This document shows, piece after piece, positions 1-13,129 of a stretch of 64,000 bases of DNA (its first letter is position 1; each line of letters starts with the position of its first letter). The DNA is from Isurus oxyrinchus (Eukaryota), in contig JANJGN010000001.1 in assembly GCA_026770705.1 (NCBI GenBank), forward strand, positions 116,002,001-116,066,000, in the 5' to 3' direction. Made by a program: the position numbers and the translations under genes. Under the pieces are notes generated by a model, which saw nothing but the letters and a program-made list of their open reading frames with translations, was not told the origin of the DNA and did not search any database.

Positions 1-988
1 GCTGTCCCTTCCAGTAACCTGTTATCTTCAATTACTCCCTCTTTGCTTTATTTTCCATTCCACTGCCTTGATTGCTCCCTTGCTGCTTTATTTTCTATCC
101 CACTGCCTGGAGTCACTTTTTATCTAGTTATTTCTCCATTTGTCAAAGCAAGAAGTGAAGGAAAGTACTGGGACATGAACTTATAAGGTCTCTGAGAATA
201 ATGGCTGATGATCCAAATTAAGTCACACATGCAAGGTGAAAAGCTCTTCTATATAATCTGTTTTACTGATCAACAACCAAAAGGAAGCTAAAGTATCTTA
301 GTTTATTTGAAAAAGGAAACCAGCCTTACAGACCTATTTTACATAACTAACGGTGAACACTTTCCTGTATGGATCTTATTCTATGGGTGAAATTTTAAAC
401 TTAACCCATTGACAAACAGTGGAAATCACCAATGTTATTTACAAGAGCTGCCGGGAGCTAATGGGTTCTGATTTTCACCTGCTTTTTGTGAGGAGATTGC
501 AAGGATTTCCAGCTAATGCCCATGTTAAATACTTGTTAATATAAGCATATATCCTGATCAGGTCATTGGGATCCAACTGCAATTTTAATCAAGGCCCGCC
601 CTGACTGTCAGGGAATGATTGATCTCCCTCGCGCTGCTTTGTGCAACTGAGGAGAAAATACTATAAGTTTGCCCAGTGATCACCACAGCTTGCTCCTTTC
701 TGGCTCAGTTCAGCTGCTCTCACAATCAGCTTGTTGGATATTTTGGATCTCAGAGCTATCCAGAGGTGACAGTAGTTTCCATGTGTGTAACTGGTTTTAT
801 TTACAGTGCTTTAAAATGTCTGCTCCATGCTTACAGCCATCTCCTGCCAGCAGTTTGTTTACTTTTTCCTGAGTCTACACTGGTCTTAACTAATCAAGCA
901 CAGTGAGCAACAATAGTAAACAGACTCACATAATCAAACACAGAACAATTGAACCTTACCTCTTTCTCCATGTAAAACAAAAGACCTT

Positions 989-3491
989 GGGCAGAATCGT
1001 CCAAGCCCACTGGCATTGGGTGTGCTCGGTGGTGTGAACGGACAATGTGGCGAGAAGGCCAAAAATCAGTTTCATGATGTCGTGTAACCAGTTAGCGATC
1101 ATCCAATCTGCCCGCCGATGGTGGGCTGCATTTCCTGCCAATGAACCTCATTGTAATACATCAGCATATCATTATAAGCCAAGGCCGCTGGAATTGTTCC
1201 CCCCGCCACTAGATCATCCGCCCACGTCGGCATGTTTCACAACAGCATATAAAAGGCTCTCTCTTTCTTCCTACAGGAGGAGTACAGCAGGATCATGGAG
1301 CCTGGTGACCTAGCTGTATGCCTCATGGCTTACAGAGACCAAAGACGACTGAGAAGAGAGCAACTGAGGCACCTGACTGCTCAGAGGAAGGAGCAGCAAT
1401 CTCAGGAAGGAAGACATCTGGGGCTCACGCACATGCTGCCGAAGAGCCACAGTGAGCCGTCGCTGGATGGTGCCTGGGCCCTGGGTGGGCTGCACTTTGA
1501 GGGGAACTCAGAGGTGAGTACACAGTAACATTGTGCAGCGCTCGCCTTGGTTGCCTGTTGGACTTCAAGGTTGAGGCGCATTGGTGGGAGGAAAGGGCTG
1601 CCCTGCAGTTGAAAGTAGCGCACAAGCTTGTGTGGAGTGGGGGGTGGGGGCGGTGGTGTTGTTGGGCGAGGGAAGCGTCCATGCATTAGGGACACCTTGT
1701 ATAAAGTGACCATTCCTCTGCAACTGAGACAGTTCAGGCACAGCCACATTGACCTGATTGGAGTTGAGCCTCTGGCTTCTCTGCCCACTCAATCAATGCA
1801 GAGGCCTGAAAGTGCCACCAAGAGTTTTTCACCTCTCAGGCACAGACTGCAAAGTAATGAGCATTTTAGTGGACTGCAGAACACTTGGACGATTGGGTAC
1901 ATTGTACAGTCTCCTTGTTAAAGCTGGCCAAGGAGCACTCACTGATGGAGGTGCTCACAGCCCCTTGCAATGTCACCATCCCGGTTTGGACTAGTCTCCC
2001 CGATGGTTCAAGCTAACAGTGCAGCCTTGCAGTGTGGGTTAGGAGAATACCTGCGCCTGAGCTGAGAGCACAGCATGCAGTCCAATGGGCAAAGCTGCTG
2101 CAAATCAGTCAGGTGGAATGGGGCGGAGGTGGGTGGGATTTCGGGCAGCCATGCAGCGCACTAAACTCTGGACATCAAAGTGGTGGTCAGCACTCTCCAG
2201 GATGCATTAAGGGGCCCTCTGACTTAACCAAGAGAGGTTCTTAGTACACCCATGTTAACCCACGGGATTCTCTCTTTCTTTCTTTCTGCAGGAGGAGTAC
2301 ACCAGGATCATGGAGCCTGGTGACCTAGCTGTATGCTTCATGGTGTACAGAGAGCAAAGATGACTGAGAAGTGAGTGACTGAGACACCTGACTGCGCAGA
2401 GAGAGGAGCAGCAACCTCAGCAAGAAGGGCGGCTGGGGTTCATGCATATGCCGCCGAAGAGCCACAGTGAGCCGTCGCTGGTCGGCACCTGGGCCCTGGG
2501 CAGTGGACTCCGTCGGCTGTTTCCCAGATATGCCTGCAGAAGCAAGGAAAGATAATTAGTGCATGGCAGTGGCCTGTGAAACAGGACACATCACTTTCAG
2601 CATGGTTGTTTAATGGATGTTGCACTGCTGGACCCTCACTCGGTAGAGCAGCACCGACCTCACTGCCAGCACAGGAGCAGTCCAGATCCTTGCCGGCCAG
2701 CTGGATGGCTGTTTTCAAAGTCCATGAGGACCTTTGTTTCAGGCACTGGCTTTTGTTGTGTGCCAGCTTGTCCTGCATGAATAGAGATGGAGAGAGTGTA
2801 AGAGGGTTGCCTGCCAGGCCAGATGATAAGTATGCCTGGCATGTGTGGGTGGTGAGCGGACCCATGGATGGGATGAGGACAATGAAGGTGTGTGTGAGAA
2901 AGAGTGATATTGCTTGAACCAGCAGTGAGCGAGGGCCCTGTGGATGTGTGATGGGCCACAGTGTGTGAGCTGAGAGTGATGAGAAGTGACTTACCCTGGT
3001 GGAACAGAGGAGATCATTCATCCTCTTGTGGCACTGGGTGGCTGTCCCCTTTTTGAAGGGTATTGGCGCTGACCACCACTGCCACCATGTCCGATGCTGG
3101 ATTTGTGATGTTGCTGCCCATCCTGTGGCTAGAACGGGGGTAGAGGACTTCAGGGTGAGCCTTCACTGCACCCAAAAGGTGCTCGAGGGGAGTGTCATTG
3201 AACCTGGGGGCTGCTGTCTTTTTGCCTTTCAGGACCATGTCTTCTTTGTAGCAGTCATGGGCTGGAAGCACTGAGATATGTGCACACAGCTGGAACTTAA
3301 ATATGGTGCCCAGTGTGCTGAAGCAGCAAGGTGACGGCGTGTTGAGCAAAGGTGTGTTTCCCGGGAATGCATAATTAATGCGGTGGATTTGGGACAATAT
3401 AGCGTGAAAAGCTGCCATTGCGGCTGGTGGACAAAACATCGTTTTACCCACCCACTACTACACTTAGTGCAAATCTGGGATGATTCTGCCC
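989..3491. mobile_element. Non-autonomous PIF/Harbinger element (internal deletion derivative)
   Basis: TIRs GGGCAGAATCGTCCAAG (989) and CTGGGATGATTCTGCCC (ends 3491), 3-bp direct repeat CTT on both sides. Carries Myb/SANT exon 1 on - and a duplicated exon-like segment on +. Confidence 0.85.
2995..3238 (-). pseudogene. Harbinger Myb/SANT (NAIF1-like) DNA-binding gene, exon 1 remnant
   Basis: MVLKGKKTAAPRFNDTPLEHLLGAVKAHPEVLYPRS...VAVVVSANTLQK, frameshift, then QCHKRMNDLLCSTR followed by donor GTAAGT. Confidence 0.8.
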
Positions 3492-3544
3492 CTTATTTTA
3501 AATTAAATCACCCTAAACAACTAATATACATACATCGAATCACT

Positions 3545-5865
3545 TTTTAGAGTTCAACTTGTCAGTTTCCTCGAAGTACAGAAATAGATACAAGGGTCTT
3601 TGATGACTACGCTTAGATCTAAGATTTTGAGGTTGTGGCTCTGCATGATCAACATTATGAGGCAGATGATCAACATCAGAGTCACTTATCAGGAAAGGAA
3701 ATGTATTCTCACAATCACTGTCCTTGAAATATCCTGATCTGCTCACTATCAAGCATTTCACGTTCCACTTAGTGTTTCATCCAACAGACAAGCATTGGTA
3801 CCAAGCAACAGCTTGATTTGTTTTTTTTTTCACTGAGTGCACAAGTTTCTAATGAACTCGAACACAGTGAACAGTGATCTATTGCTGGGCACCAGACTGC
3901 TTCATGGGATCGTTGTTTCATCTTAACAACCTGGATGTCTTTCTGTCTTCAACTCCCCTGACTTAACAAGACGCGCAGTTGCATGAGAAATTACAGCAAT
4001 CATATAGTCTTCAATGTCACAAGTTGCTTTGTTTTCGCTAATGTTACCTGCGATAGTAGTAGGGCTAAGCATGTCAGTTATTAGGTTGCATGAACCTGAG
4101 AGATATTCGACCTCAAAGTTATACTCATGAAGATGATCTGACCATCCGAGCACCTGTAGAAGCGTAAAGCTCATTGACCAGATCCTGAAGTGGCTAACAA
4201 TGTAGTCAGTGCTTGGTGATTGGAGCAGAGAGTGAACTTTGTACAGTAGAGATACATGTGCCAATGTTCACAAGCATAGATGCAGGCTAGTGTCTCCCGC
4301 TCTCCAGTGGAGTATGTGTGTTTAGTTTCTGACAATGGGCATCATGCATAAACGATTGGTCATTTGCTCCCTTCAGTGTACTGTGAGAGTTACAGCTTCA
4401 ATCGCACTTCTTGGTGCATCTGTTGTGACATACGTTTCCAGATGTGAGTTGAAATGCCCAAGGGCTGGTGGAGGTGCTATCTTCACCTTTAACGTGTCAA
4501 ACACTGTTTGCTGTGCGACTGTCCATTCCCATTGTGCATATTTGCACAATAGCTTCTGAAGAGGCTGCACAATCTCCTCGTGCTTAGGAATGAATTTGTG
4601 ATGAAAGTTGGTAGTACTGAGGAACAATGCCAACTCTTTCACGTTAGATGGGGTCAGAAGTGGATAAGTGGCCTTGATGTTGTTGTCCCTAGGCTTTACT
4701 CTAGCTGCTGTCAGTTTGCACCCTAGAAAGTCACTCTCTGATATCACAAATGTGCATTTGTCCTTGTTGAGCGCCAAATTGTGTTGTTTGAGTCAAGTGA
4801 GCACCGCTGATAACCGCTGATTGTGTTCTGCTTTGTCTCTTCCATCAACGACAATCTGGTCAAGCTTAGCATTCCCTCCATGCCTGACAAGACTGAAGAA
4901 ATGATCTTCTGGAATGCCCTAGGTGCTGAATTAGCCCATAAGACATTCTGTGGTACTGAAACTGAGTAACAAAAGCTGTAAGGTGTTAGCTTTGCAATGC
5001 TAGTGATAACTGAAGATTGCTCCATTGCAGATCAAGCTTTATGAAGATTGTGGAGCCATGTAGTTATGCCGATAGTCCTTGGGGTGTACAAAGTGGATAC
5101 CTGTCTGAAATGATTGCTTTGTTGACTGCTTGAAGGTTGGTATATAATCTAAGTTCACCATTTTTGTGGCGTGCAGTGACGAGGTTCAATATCCACGGCG
5201 ATGAGTCGATTTGTTCAGCGATACCATCGGCTTCTAGTTGTTTCAACTCCTGTGACACTTTGGTATGGATTGCAAATGAAACCATCTCAAATTTTGAAGA
5301 ACTGGCGGAATTGATGTGCTGACATGAGAAGCATGACAGCACTCCTTAGTTTCCCAAAACCTGGAAAATAAGGAAGGACACTGGCATGTGTAGTCTGCAG
5401 CATCGATCACTTTAATGTGTGTTGTTAGGGACTTCAAGTTTGAATCCAAGCCTATCAAAAAGGTTTACTCCCATAAGACCTCTGCCTTTGGCTACATAGA
5501 GCATGACCCTGTCTAGAGTGATGTTTTTGCAGAGCATTGGAACTGTGATGGTTCCCAAAACCAGAATAATTGAGTCATCATAAGCTTGAAGAGTGTCTGT
5601 TGCAAGACTGAGAGGATGTTGTGAAAAATATTGAGCTTGTCGCTCAAGATGGATACTCCTGTGCCAATGTCAATGAGAAGTGACACTGAGATGCCCGAGA
5701 TCTTGACTGAGCAACCCTTAAAGCTGCAACTCTGAATCTGAGGATGCATTGCTGTGTAACCCCTTTGGATATAACATGGCAGATTCGATTTGGATGCCAA
5801 GGTTATGGCTTTTTCCAAGGTTAAATCATTGCCCTCCATGAGGAGATTTACCTAATTCATGGGAT
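3545..5865 (-). mobile_element. Decayed Ty3/Gypsy LTR retrotransposon gag-pol remnant (protease, RT, RNase H; integrase core missing)
   Basis: Fragmented ORFs: DLTLEKAITLA (gag end), LLIDIGTGVSIL (protease), LEADGIAEQIDSSPW...AVNKAIISDRYPL, SAPRAFQK, LNKDKCTF...FLG (RT), YVTTDA and VEYLSGSCNLITDMLS (RNase H). Confidence 0.9.
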
Positions 5866-6599
5866 TGAAGGGAGGGCCAGTGAGATCTTCTTTATTCCCT
5901 GCCCCCACTCCCTGTAATCGCTTCTACCAGAGAGCCACAGTCGCGGTCACAGGCCATTCTGTGGAGGCCTGTGATCTATGACCACAAATAATTTTAATTA
6001 CTTCCTATATCTTCTGAGGGCATCTCCCTCTTGCAGTGCCCTCGCATTCTCCTACCTGCCACAGCAGCACACACCTCTCCTCGTGGAGCTACCAGCAGGA
6101 CAGCATTCAGGACTCTCCCATTGGGCCAGCTGGGTGCTAGTTCCCCCCGCTGTTCTTAATTGGACGGCAGTCCTGAGGTGGACTCTTAATTGGGCATCTC
6201 CAGGATGATCCCATCAAGTGGACAGCCAGGTATCACCAGTGGGGCTGGAACCCACTTTTGGTCCCAACTTTGGAAAATCTTTAAAGGCAGTAAGATTTCA
6301 GACACTTCACTTGTGGAAACAGATTTTAATGTAATTGATAAAATATTATATACATTTTGATATTCTGCTCTTTGTCTTATAAAATTAAAATGTTTCCAAA
6401 ACAGACTCCCATTTGAAATGTAATTTCTTAGAATTAAAACTAGAAAATGCAATTATGAAGCACTCAATCTTTAAATGCCACATTGGTGTGAGGTTAAACT
6501 ACCATCATATTAAATCTACCAGTCTGAAACTCATTGCAGATCACGACCTGAAATACACTGACCTGAGACACACTTTAGGTTGGCAAGACTTAACCCGGA

Positions 6600-7318
6600 G
6601 AGAGGTCTGTTTATACAACCCTGGCTTTAAAGCTTTTCATGGCCTGAACCTCCATTGGGCGCACACAATTGGCTAGTCCGGAAGTGGACGCGAAATACAC
6701 TTCTGGCTGCGATTGGCCCCCAAACACAAGTTCATGCTGGCTGGCCAATTAATGTGCAGCCAGTGTGAAACGCGCACTGAGAAAGGCTCGGCGTGGCGGG
6801 AAGAGGGCGGGCACCAAGAATAGCGAGGGGTGCAGGTGGGCGCTTCTAACGAGCTCCCTGAATACACACTACTGCTGCGGAGTTGGCTCAGGGAGCTGCA
6901 GAGGCCTGTACAAATTAAACAAGATGAGAAAAATGCAGCAAGCTGTGTCTGTACAGCACAGTTAAGCACCTGACAGCAGAACTCAAAGAACCTCAGTCAC
7001 CAGACATCTTTTCTTATTAAATTTCATGCCGGACATTTCATCCCACCCTGGAGCGAGGTTGTAGGAAAAACGTGAAGCCTTCCAGGCCGATAGGCCTATC
7101 CGCCAATTGCAAAAGTGGACGGGCCAGGTAAAATAGCTCTCAGCTGACTCCTTAGAGTGCTTAGTTGTCCGCTTAATTGTTGGTGTATGTTATTCTGACT
7201 GCCTTACTGAGCAAAATATCACACAAGTGCACGATGACATCAGGGCACGCGTCCAACATCATCTCACATGATTTCGTGCTCTGTCGGGTCGGGCACACCA
7301 GAATGGAAAATTCTGGCC
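6600..7318. mobile_element. Harbinger-derived MITE (left boundary approximate)
   Basis: Ends GGAAAATTCTGGCC. Internal similarity to 9444-9905 and 53212-53898 (GGCCAATTAA, CAGGGAGCTG, GATGACATCAGG). Confidence 0.7.
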
Positions 7319-7719
7319 AGCGATTTGAGAGTGTGGATAGGGCAGTCCATATTGTCATAGTGTTGCAGGATTACACAGTCAGCTTATAAAGAGACATGGC
7401 TGTCAAATCGACCCAGATTTACATATGATCTCAGCTTTTCTAAACCTAGTGGTGGAATTAACTAATGGGGGTGACTTTACTTCTCAGATCAAGATATCCT
7501 GGGGAGTCAGATTGCCAGTCTGACCTAGGTTATTGTAGATGGTGGCGAAGTTGGACCCCCTCCCCCACCAACCCCTTTTTAGTCACAACATGTTTTAATC
7601 ATATTCAAAGACAACCTCAATTTTTCACCGCACAAATGGATGTTTCTACTTACTGGTACTTAATAACTGTGTGCAAGGAATCAAACGGGATACGGGCTGT
7701 CCTGTCAAGATGCATGGGA

Positions 7720-8725
7720 GTTTTTTTTATTCTTTCATGGGCTGTGGGCATCACTGGCAATCCCCTGATTGTCCATCCCCTGATTGCCCTTGTACTGAGT
7801 GGCTTGCCAGGCCACCTCTGAGTGGCCGGTAAGAGTCAATGACGTTGCTATGAGTCTGGAGTCACACGTAGTCCAGACCAGGTGGACTCTTAGACTCATA
7901 GACATCTACAGCAAGGAAGGAGGTCATTCAGCTCATCATGTTCATGCCGGTCAACGAAGATCTGACTACAATAATCCCATTTTCTAGCGTTTGGCCCATA
8001 GCCCTGGATGCTATGGCAATGCACGTGAATATCTAAATACTCCTTAAATGTTATGAGAGTTTCTGACTCAACCACCCTTTCAGACAGTGAGTTTCAGACT
8101 CTCACCACACTTTGGGTGAAAAAAATTCTCCTCAACTCCCCACTTAGCCTTTTACCTCTTACCTTAAATCTATGCCCCCTGGTTATTGACCCCTCCACTA
8201 ATGGAAAATGTGCCTTCCTATCCAGCCTATCTATGCCCCTCATAATCTTATACACCTCTATCAGGTCCCTTCTCAAACTTTGTTGCTCCAAGGAAAACAA
8301 CCCCAGCCTATCTAACCTTTCCTCATAGCTCAGACCCTCTAGCCCAGGCAGCATCCTGGTAAATCTCCTCTGCACCCTCTCCAGTGCAACCACATCCTTC
8401 CTATAAAGTGGTGATCAGAACTATATACAGTTCTCCAGTTATGGCCTAACCAGTGTTTTATACAGTTCCAGCTTAACCTTCCTGCTCTTGTATTCTAGGT
8501 AAGGTTGGCAGATTTCCTTCCCTATAGGACACCAGTAAAGCAGATTGGTTTTTATGACAATTGATGATAGATTCATAGCCACCATTACTGAGACTAGCTT
8601 TCAATTCCAGATTTTATTAATTGAGTGTTAAATTCCACCAGCTACCATGGTGGGATTTGAACCTTTGTTCCCCAGAGCCTTTGAATTACTAGTCCAGTGA
8701 CACTACACTATGCCACCATCTCCCC
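7720..8725 (-). mobile_element. HE1-type tRNA-derived SINE split by a CR1 insertion
   Basis: tRNA-like head on - at about 8640-8725 (B-box-like GGTTCAAATCCC). Body resumes on the far side of the CR1. The 3' tail matches the HER1-type LINE tails elsewhere in the window. Confidence 0.8.
7885..8497 (-). mobile_element. CR1 LINE 3' fragment nested in the SINE
   Basis: ORF2 C-terminus LERVQRRFTRMLPGLEGLSYEERLDRLGLFSLEQQSLRRDLIEVYKIMRG...TRGH. AGGT occurs at both junctions. Confidence 0.9.
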
Positions 8726-9443
8726 TTAATGCATACCTACACAGAGCAGACCCACGTGGCAAGTAAAAAAGACAGTGACCACCAACATCCATGCAGGTGG
8801 TTCACTCTTAAACTTGGAAGTCAACACCAGTTTTTGGAGCGATTTTCCCAGGTTTCAAAGGTTGAATTATGTGCCGACATCTACAGTATAGTGCCAATTT
8901 TACATTGGCAGTCTAAGCTATGATGCCCACCATAACCATTATTTGTTGAATGTTAAATTAGCAACTTGGTTGGCTTCATTTTTGATGAGGGAGACTTCAT
9001 CAACTTCCCTCTGTGGCATTGAACTACATTCAAGCAAATGATCAAGAGCATCTTCCTTGAAAGCCTTTATTTCTTTTTTCCTTACTGTCCAATAACATTA
9101 GGTGTTGGCATATATGTTTTCAAACTTCATGCTCAGCACTGCAAGCAAAATAATTGCCTCGCTTCTCGGGGGAAATAGACATGTTAGGACATATATATAT
9201 AGAAAAGGTCACAAAATTGTCTTGCCTAAGGAAAGAAAACAAGAAATGCAACAGGTTACATCCATGAGATTATACCAGCCTCCCAGGGTCTCATTGCAGT
9301 AATTTCCTAATCGGCAGTCAATTGTAGAATCCCAAAAACTTGCAGAACTATAATAATACTTAAATAAGTTTATATTTGCGCTCCGCACCATAGCTTTTGA
9401 GAATCCTTTCATTTCCTGTAAAACTCAAAATTCATCATTCATT

Positions 9444-9905
9444 GGCCAGGATTTTCCAGTCGGAGGGCAGGCTTGGCCCAGGTGCAGTTGGGAAGCCGAC
9501 TGCAATTTCACGCCAATTAACGGGCAGCCAGTGTGAACAGAGCTGCCTCAGGGAGCTGAAGATTTTTAAAAGTAAAAAGATATTAAAAGCAATGAAAATA
9601 TGTCCCCTCCTACGACGCTATCACGTGAGCAGGGACATGATAAATATGAGTTTTAAAAGGTTTTATTCTTTTGTTGATCACTGGTTGGATGGGCAGTGAA
9701 AACCTACAGTCAATTAATTGATTTAGGGCCTTAATAGGCCACTTAATTGTCAGCAGGCATGCTGCCGACTCCCGCGCGTGCTCGCTGACTGAAGTATTGC
9801 GTGAGTGCGCGATGACGTCGGGACCCTCGCACGACATCATCCCGCGTCAGTTTACACTCGTTCGGGTCAGGCGTGCTCCCGCCCATTGAGAGAAAAACTC
9901 TGCCC
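9444..9905. mobile_element. Harbinger-derived MITE
   Basis: Termini GGCCAGGATTTTCC ... GAAAAACTCTGCCC. The CpG-rich right part is the reverse complement of the left subterminal region of the element at 27561. Confidence 0.8.
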
Positions 9906-10605
9906 GTGATGTGTGCCAGTGGGTACTAGATTTCTCCAGCTTTGTATATTTAACATGAAAATTAAATTTGCAAATTATTTTCTTCAACCCTTTGATAAGT
10001 TTCAGGCTTTTGGCCAGCGGTCAGATCATGACTACTGACCCACTCACTGTATTTGCTTTGTTTTCAGCAGTGCAGAATGGCTTTTTGGGAGAGTGATACC
10101 TGCCTAAGGAAGGAATTTGACCTAATTCTGTTTGCTGTGATTTAATATGACACCCAGGGTGAATATTAGAGAAAAAAATGACTCCTTGTACCTGTTATGT
10201 GCTTTGCATTAGGAGTTGCCAGTCATGAATGCCTCCACGATTTAAATGACAATTTCTGTTGTTTTGTGGGCCTCACAAGATTGCATGATTCCTAAGGGAT
10301 AACAATCAATCTTAGGTGAAGTTTTTAACATCAGGCTGCTTTCTTGAAGCTATTGTTGGGGCTGAGTAGGAGGTAGATAAAAATTACATCACAGCTGTGA
10401 TATTTTGCACCATAAAACTTGTACATTGGTTGATTACTCTCGTTTAAAGTGGCAAAAATGCCAACACAAGTCTTTCCACCGTTTAAAACGTGGATGTCAA
10501 CAGAAATGCACAGCAAGAATGGCTTACAGGGAAAGTGGAGGCATTGCAAGATTTTAGTGCCACTTTCAAAGAAGTTCTATCATTTTCAAAAGTCAGGAGC
10601 CTGAA

Positions 10606-11150
10606 GGGGTTGTATTTTACTGGCCCCTGTGAGAAAGTGGACCCAAAGATGTGACCCGCTCCAAAGAAGTAGGCAGCCAATTTCTATAATCGAAAGGCCC
10701 ATTAAGGATCATTTTGCTTTAGCACTTTGCTGACAGCAGAACAATTTCCCATCATCTGGGGAGGCCACCAGCTAAATGGAGGCCATCTTCCCAGGGCGGG
10801 AGGCTACATGGACCAGTGAAGGGGTTGTGGGCAGGAAAGGCAGCACCTGCAGTCCCAATGAAGGGTTGCCCTGTCCAAGAGCCTGAGATCTTCTTCATTC
10901 CTCAGCAGTGACTACCTCTCCCAGTGGCACTGCTGAGACTTTGGAGCTGCCGGCCCTATGATTGGCCTGGCAGCATGGAGAGCCTGCATGCCGTCTTTAA
11001 TTGAATGTCAGGCCCACAGGCAGCCAATTACAGTCCAGAGGGACGTCTGTGGTAAAATTGCCAGGTGGATCCTGCTGCCAACAAGTGGGGGCTCGGGACC
11101 CGCTTTTCATCTTGAGTCGGGGTCCCCACTCAGTTGAAAAAATTTAACCA
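10606..11150. mobile_element. Older Harbinger-type MITE
   Basis: Degenerate termini GGGGTTGTATTTT ... AAAATTTAACC. Internal similarity to 5870-6280 and 62960-63570. Confidence 0.45.
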
Positions 11151-11733
11151 AAGGTTACTGAAGCCAAAAAGAAGCCAAGTTGAATTAGCCTTCATTTTAA
11201 CAAAGGCCATTTTTTATTAAATAAGCAATGGAATAAAGGGAGTTACATTTTCTTTTGCAATTCATAAATGACTATTTGCACAAGAGCGCAATACTGCATC
11301 AAAACTGATGTGTTGTTGTGTTGGTGATGTATCACAGAGTGGTGGGATAGAGACCTCTACCCTTAGTTCCTCAGCTGATCAAATCCTGGTCTGAACAAGG
11401 TTATCAATGTGGAGAAGGCATTTCCCCATGGTGAAAGAGGGTCTGTTGACCTATTTTGTGTATGGGCGGAATCGTCCCAAATTTTCACTAAGTGCGGTAG
11501 CAGGTGGGAAAAAGGACGTTTTACCCATGGGCCACAATGGTGGCTTTTCGCGCCATATCATCCCCTTCCTGGCTCGTCCCACCTCATCAATAATGCATTC
11601 CTGGGAAACATGCTGGGTCTGATTCGCCCGCCCCTTCGTCATCTCAGACCTTCAGTAAACAGGGCGCCATATTTAAAGGACGCCCCTGCACAGAGCTAGC
11701 ACTCTTCAGGGAATAAGAAGCTGCTGGGAACTG

Positions 11734-11963
11734 ATGGCTGCCAAAGGGAGGAAACAGGCTTCCCCCAAATTTAGCGACGCTTCGCTTGAGTGCCTACTGG
11801 GAATAGTGGAGGCCGGTCGTGAAGTCCTCTAGCCCTGCTCTGGGAGAAGGACACCAAACCAACATGGGAGGCAGTGGCGGTGGTGATCAGCGCTAATGCC
11901 CTGCAATAGAGGTCAGTCATCCAATGCAGGAAGAGGATGAATACTCTCATCCATTCCACCAGG
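11734..11963 (+). pseudogene. Harbinger Myb/SANT gene exon 1 remnant
   Basis: MAAKGRKQASPKFSDASLECLLGIVEAGREVL*...WEAVAVVISANALQ*RSVIQCRKRMNTLIHSTR, then donor GTAAAT. Confidence 0.8.
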
Positions 11964-12554
11964 GTAAATCAGTCTTCTCATCATTCTTAACTCACACACT
12001 CACAAACCCAACACACACCCACAGGGATCTCACACCTCAAGGGACAACACCACTAATTCTCACACACACCCTCACATCTCCCACAGCAAAGTCATTAGAA
12101 GCAACAGGGCCAACCATTGCACAGGCTGTCTCCACCTCTGCTGCTGATGTCAGGGCAGCATCTAGAAGCAGTCGTAGGCCTAGAAAAATTAAGAATTTCT
12201 GATCACAAGTGGTTGCGTGGGAGGACACCTTTTGTCATGTTATAATCTGAAAACATATTCACTTTCACTGAGTAATGGTGTCTTTCAGTTTCATTGACAG
12301 GCTTAATGAACCATGGAGTCATAGAGGTCTACAGCACAGAAAAGGGACCTTTGGCCCATCGAGTCTGCGCCAGTCAAACAAGTACCTAACTCACCCTGCA
12401 TTCCCCCGATTAGCCATTCAGCTGCACGCTGCTGTACTACGAGTAATTCTGGAGGGAGAAGTGTGTGTGTGTGTGTGTGTGTGGGGCAGGGCATTTTGGA
12501 GCCTCGTGCAAGCACTCTCCCATGTACATGGAGCTTCCCTCAATCACACACAAT

Positions 12555-12904
12555 CATCTGCACTGCAGGAATTCATCAAGGCTCCTTCGACAGCACCTTC
12601 CAAACCCACGACCACTACCACCTCGAAGGACAAGGGCAGCAGAGAAATGGGAACACCACCACCTGGAAGTTCCCCTCCAAGTCACTCACCATCCTGACTT
12701 GGAAATATATCATTGTTCCTTCACTGTCACTAGGTCAAAATCCTGGAACTCCCTCCCTAACAGCACTGTGGGTGTACCTACACCCACATGGACTGCAGTG
12801 GTTCAAGAACACAGCTCACCACCATCTTCTCAAGGGCAACTGGGGATGGGCAATAAACGCTGGCCCAGCCAGTGAAGCCCACATCCTGTGAATGAATAAA
12901 AAAA
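12555..12904 (+). mobile_element. HER1-type (HE1-partner, CR1-like) LINE 3' end
   Basis: SRLLRQHLPNPRPLPPRRTR...SWNSLPNSTVGVPT. Tail GCCAGTGAAGCCCACATCCTGTGAATGAATAAAAA. Confidence 0.85.
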
Positions 12905-13129
12905 TCATCTCAATGTGCCAAGCATTTTTAATGCTGCCTGCTGGGGTTCTCTTTCAGCTGTCGATCTGAGCTGACCTGCATCTCCGCCCACCCACTGATC
13001 TCACTCCTATGCAGCACCTGTGCCCGTCCAACATGAGGCTTTTCTCACTTTCAATTTAAAAAACATGTTCTTAGTCAGATTTTTTGCTCAACTCCCTATC
13101 CTTTCCCCTCCACCAATCACCTATATCCT

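Noticed and set aside
12461-12483. (GT)n microsatellite (also near 17428-17454, and (CT)n near 17057-17094)
   Set aside because: Ordinary simple repeats.
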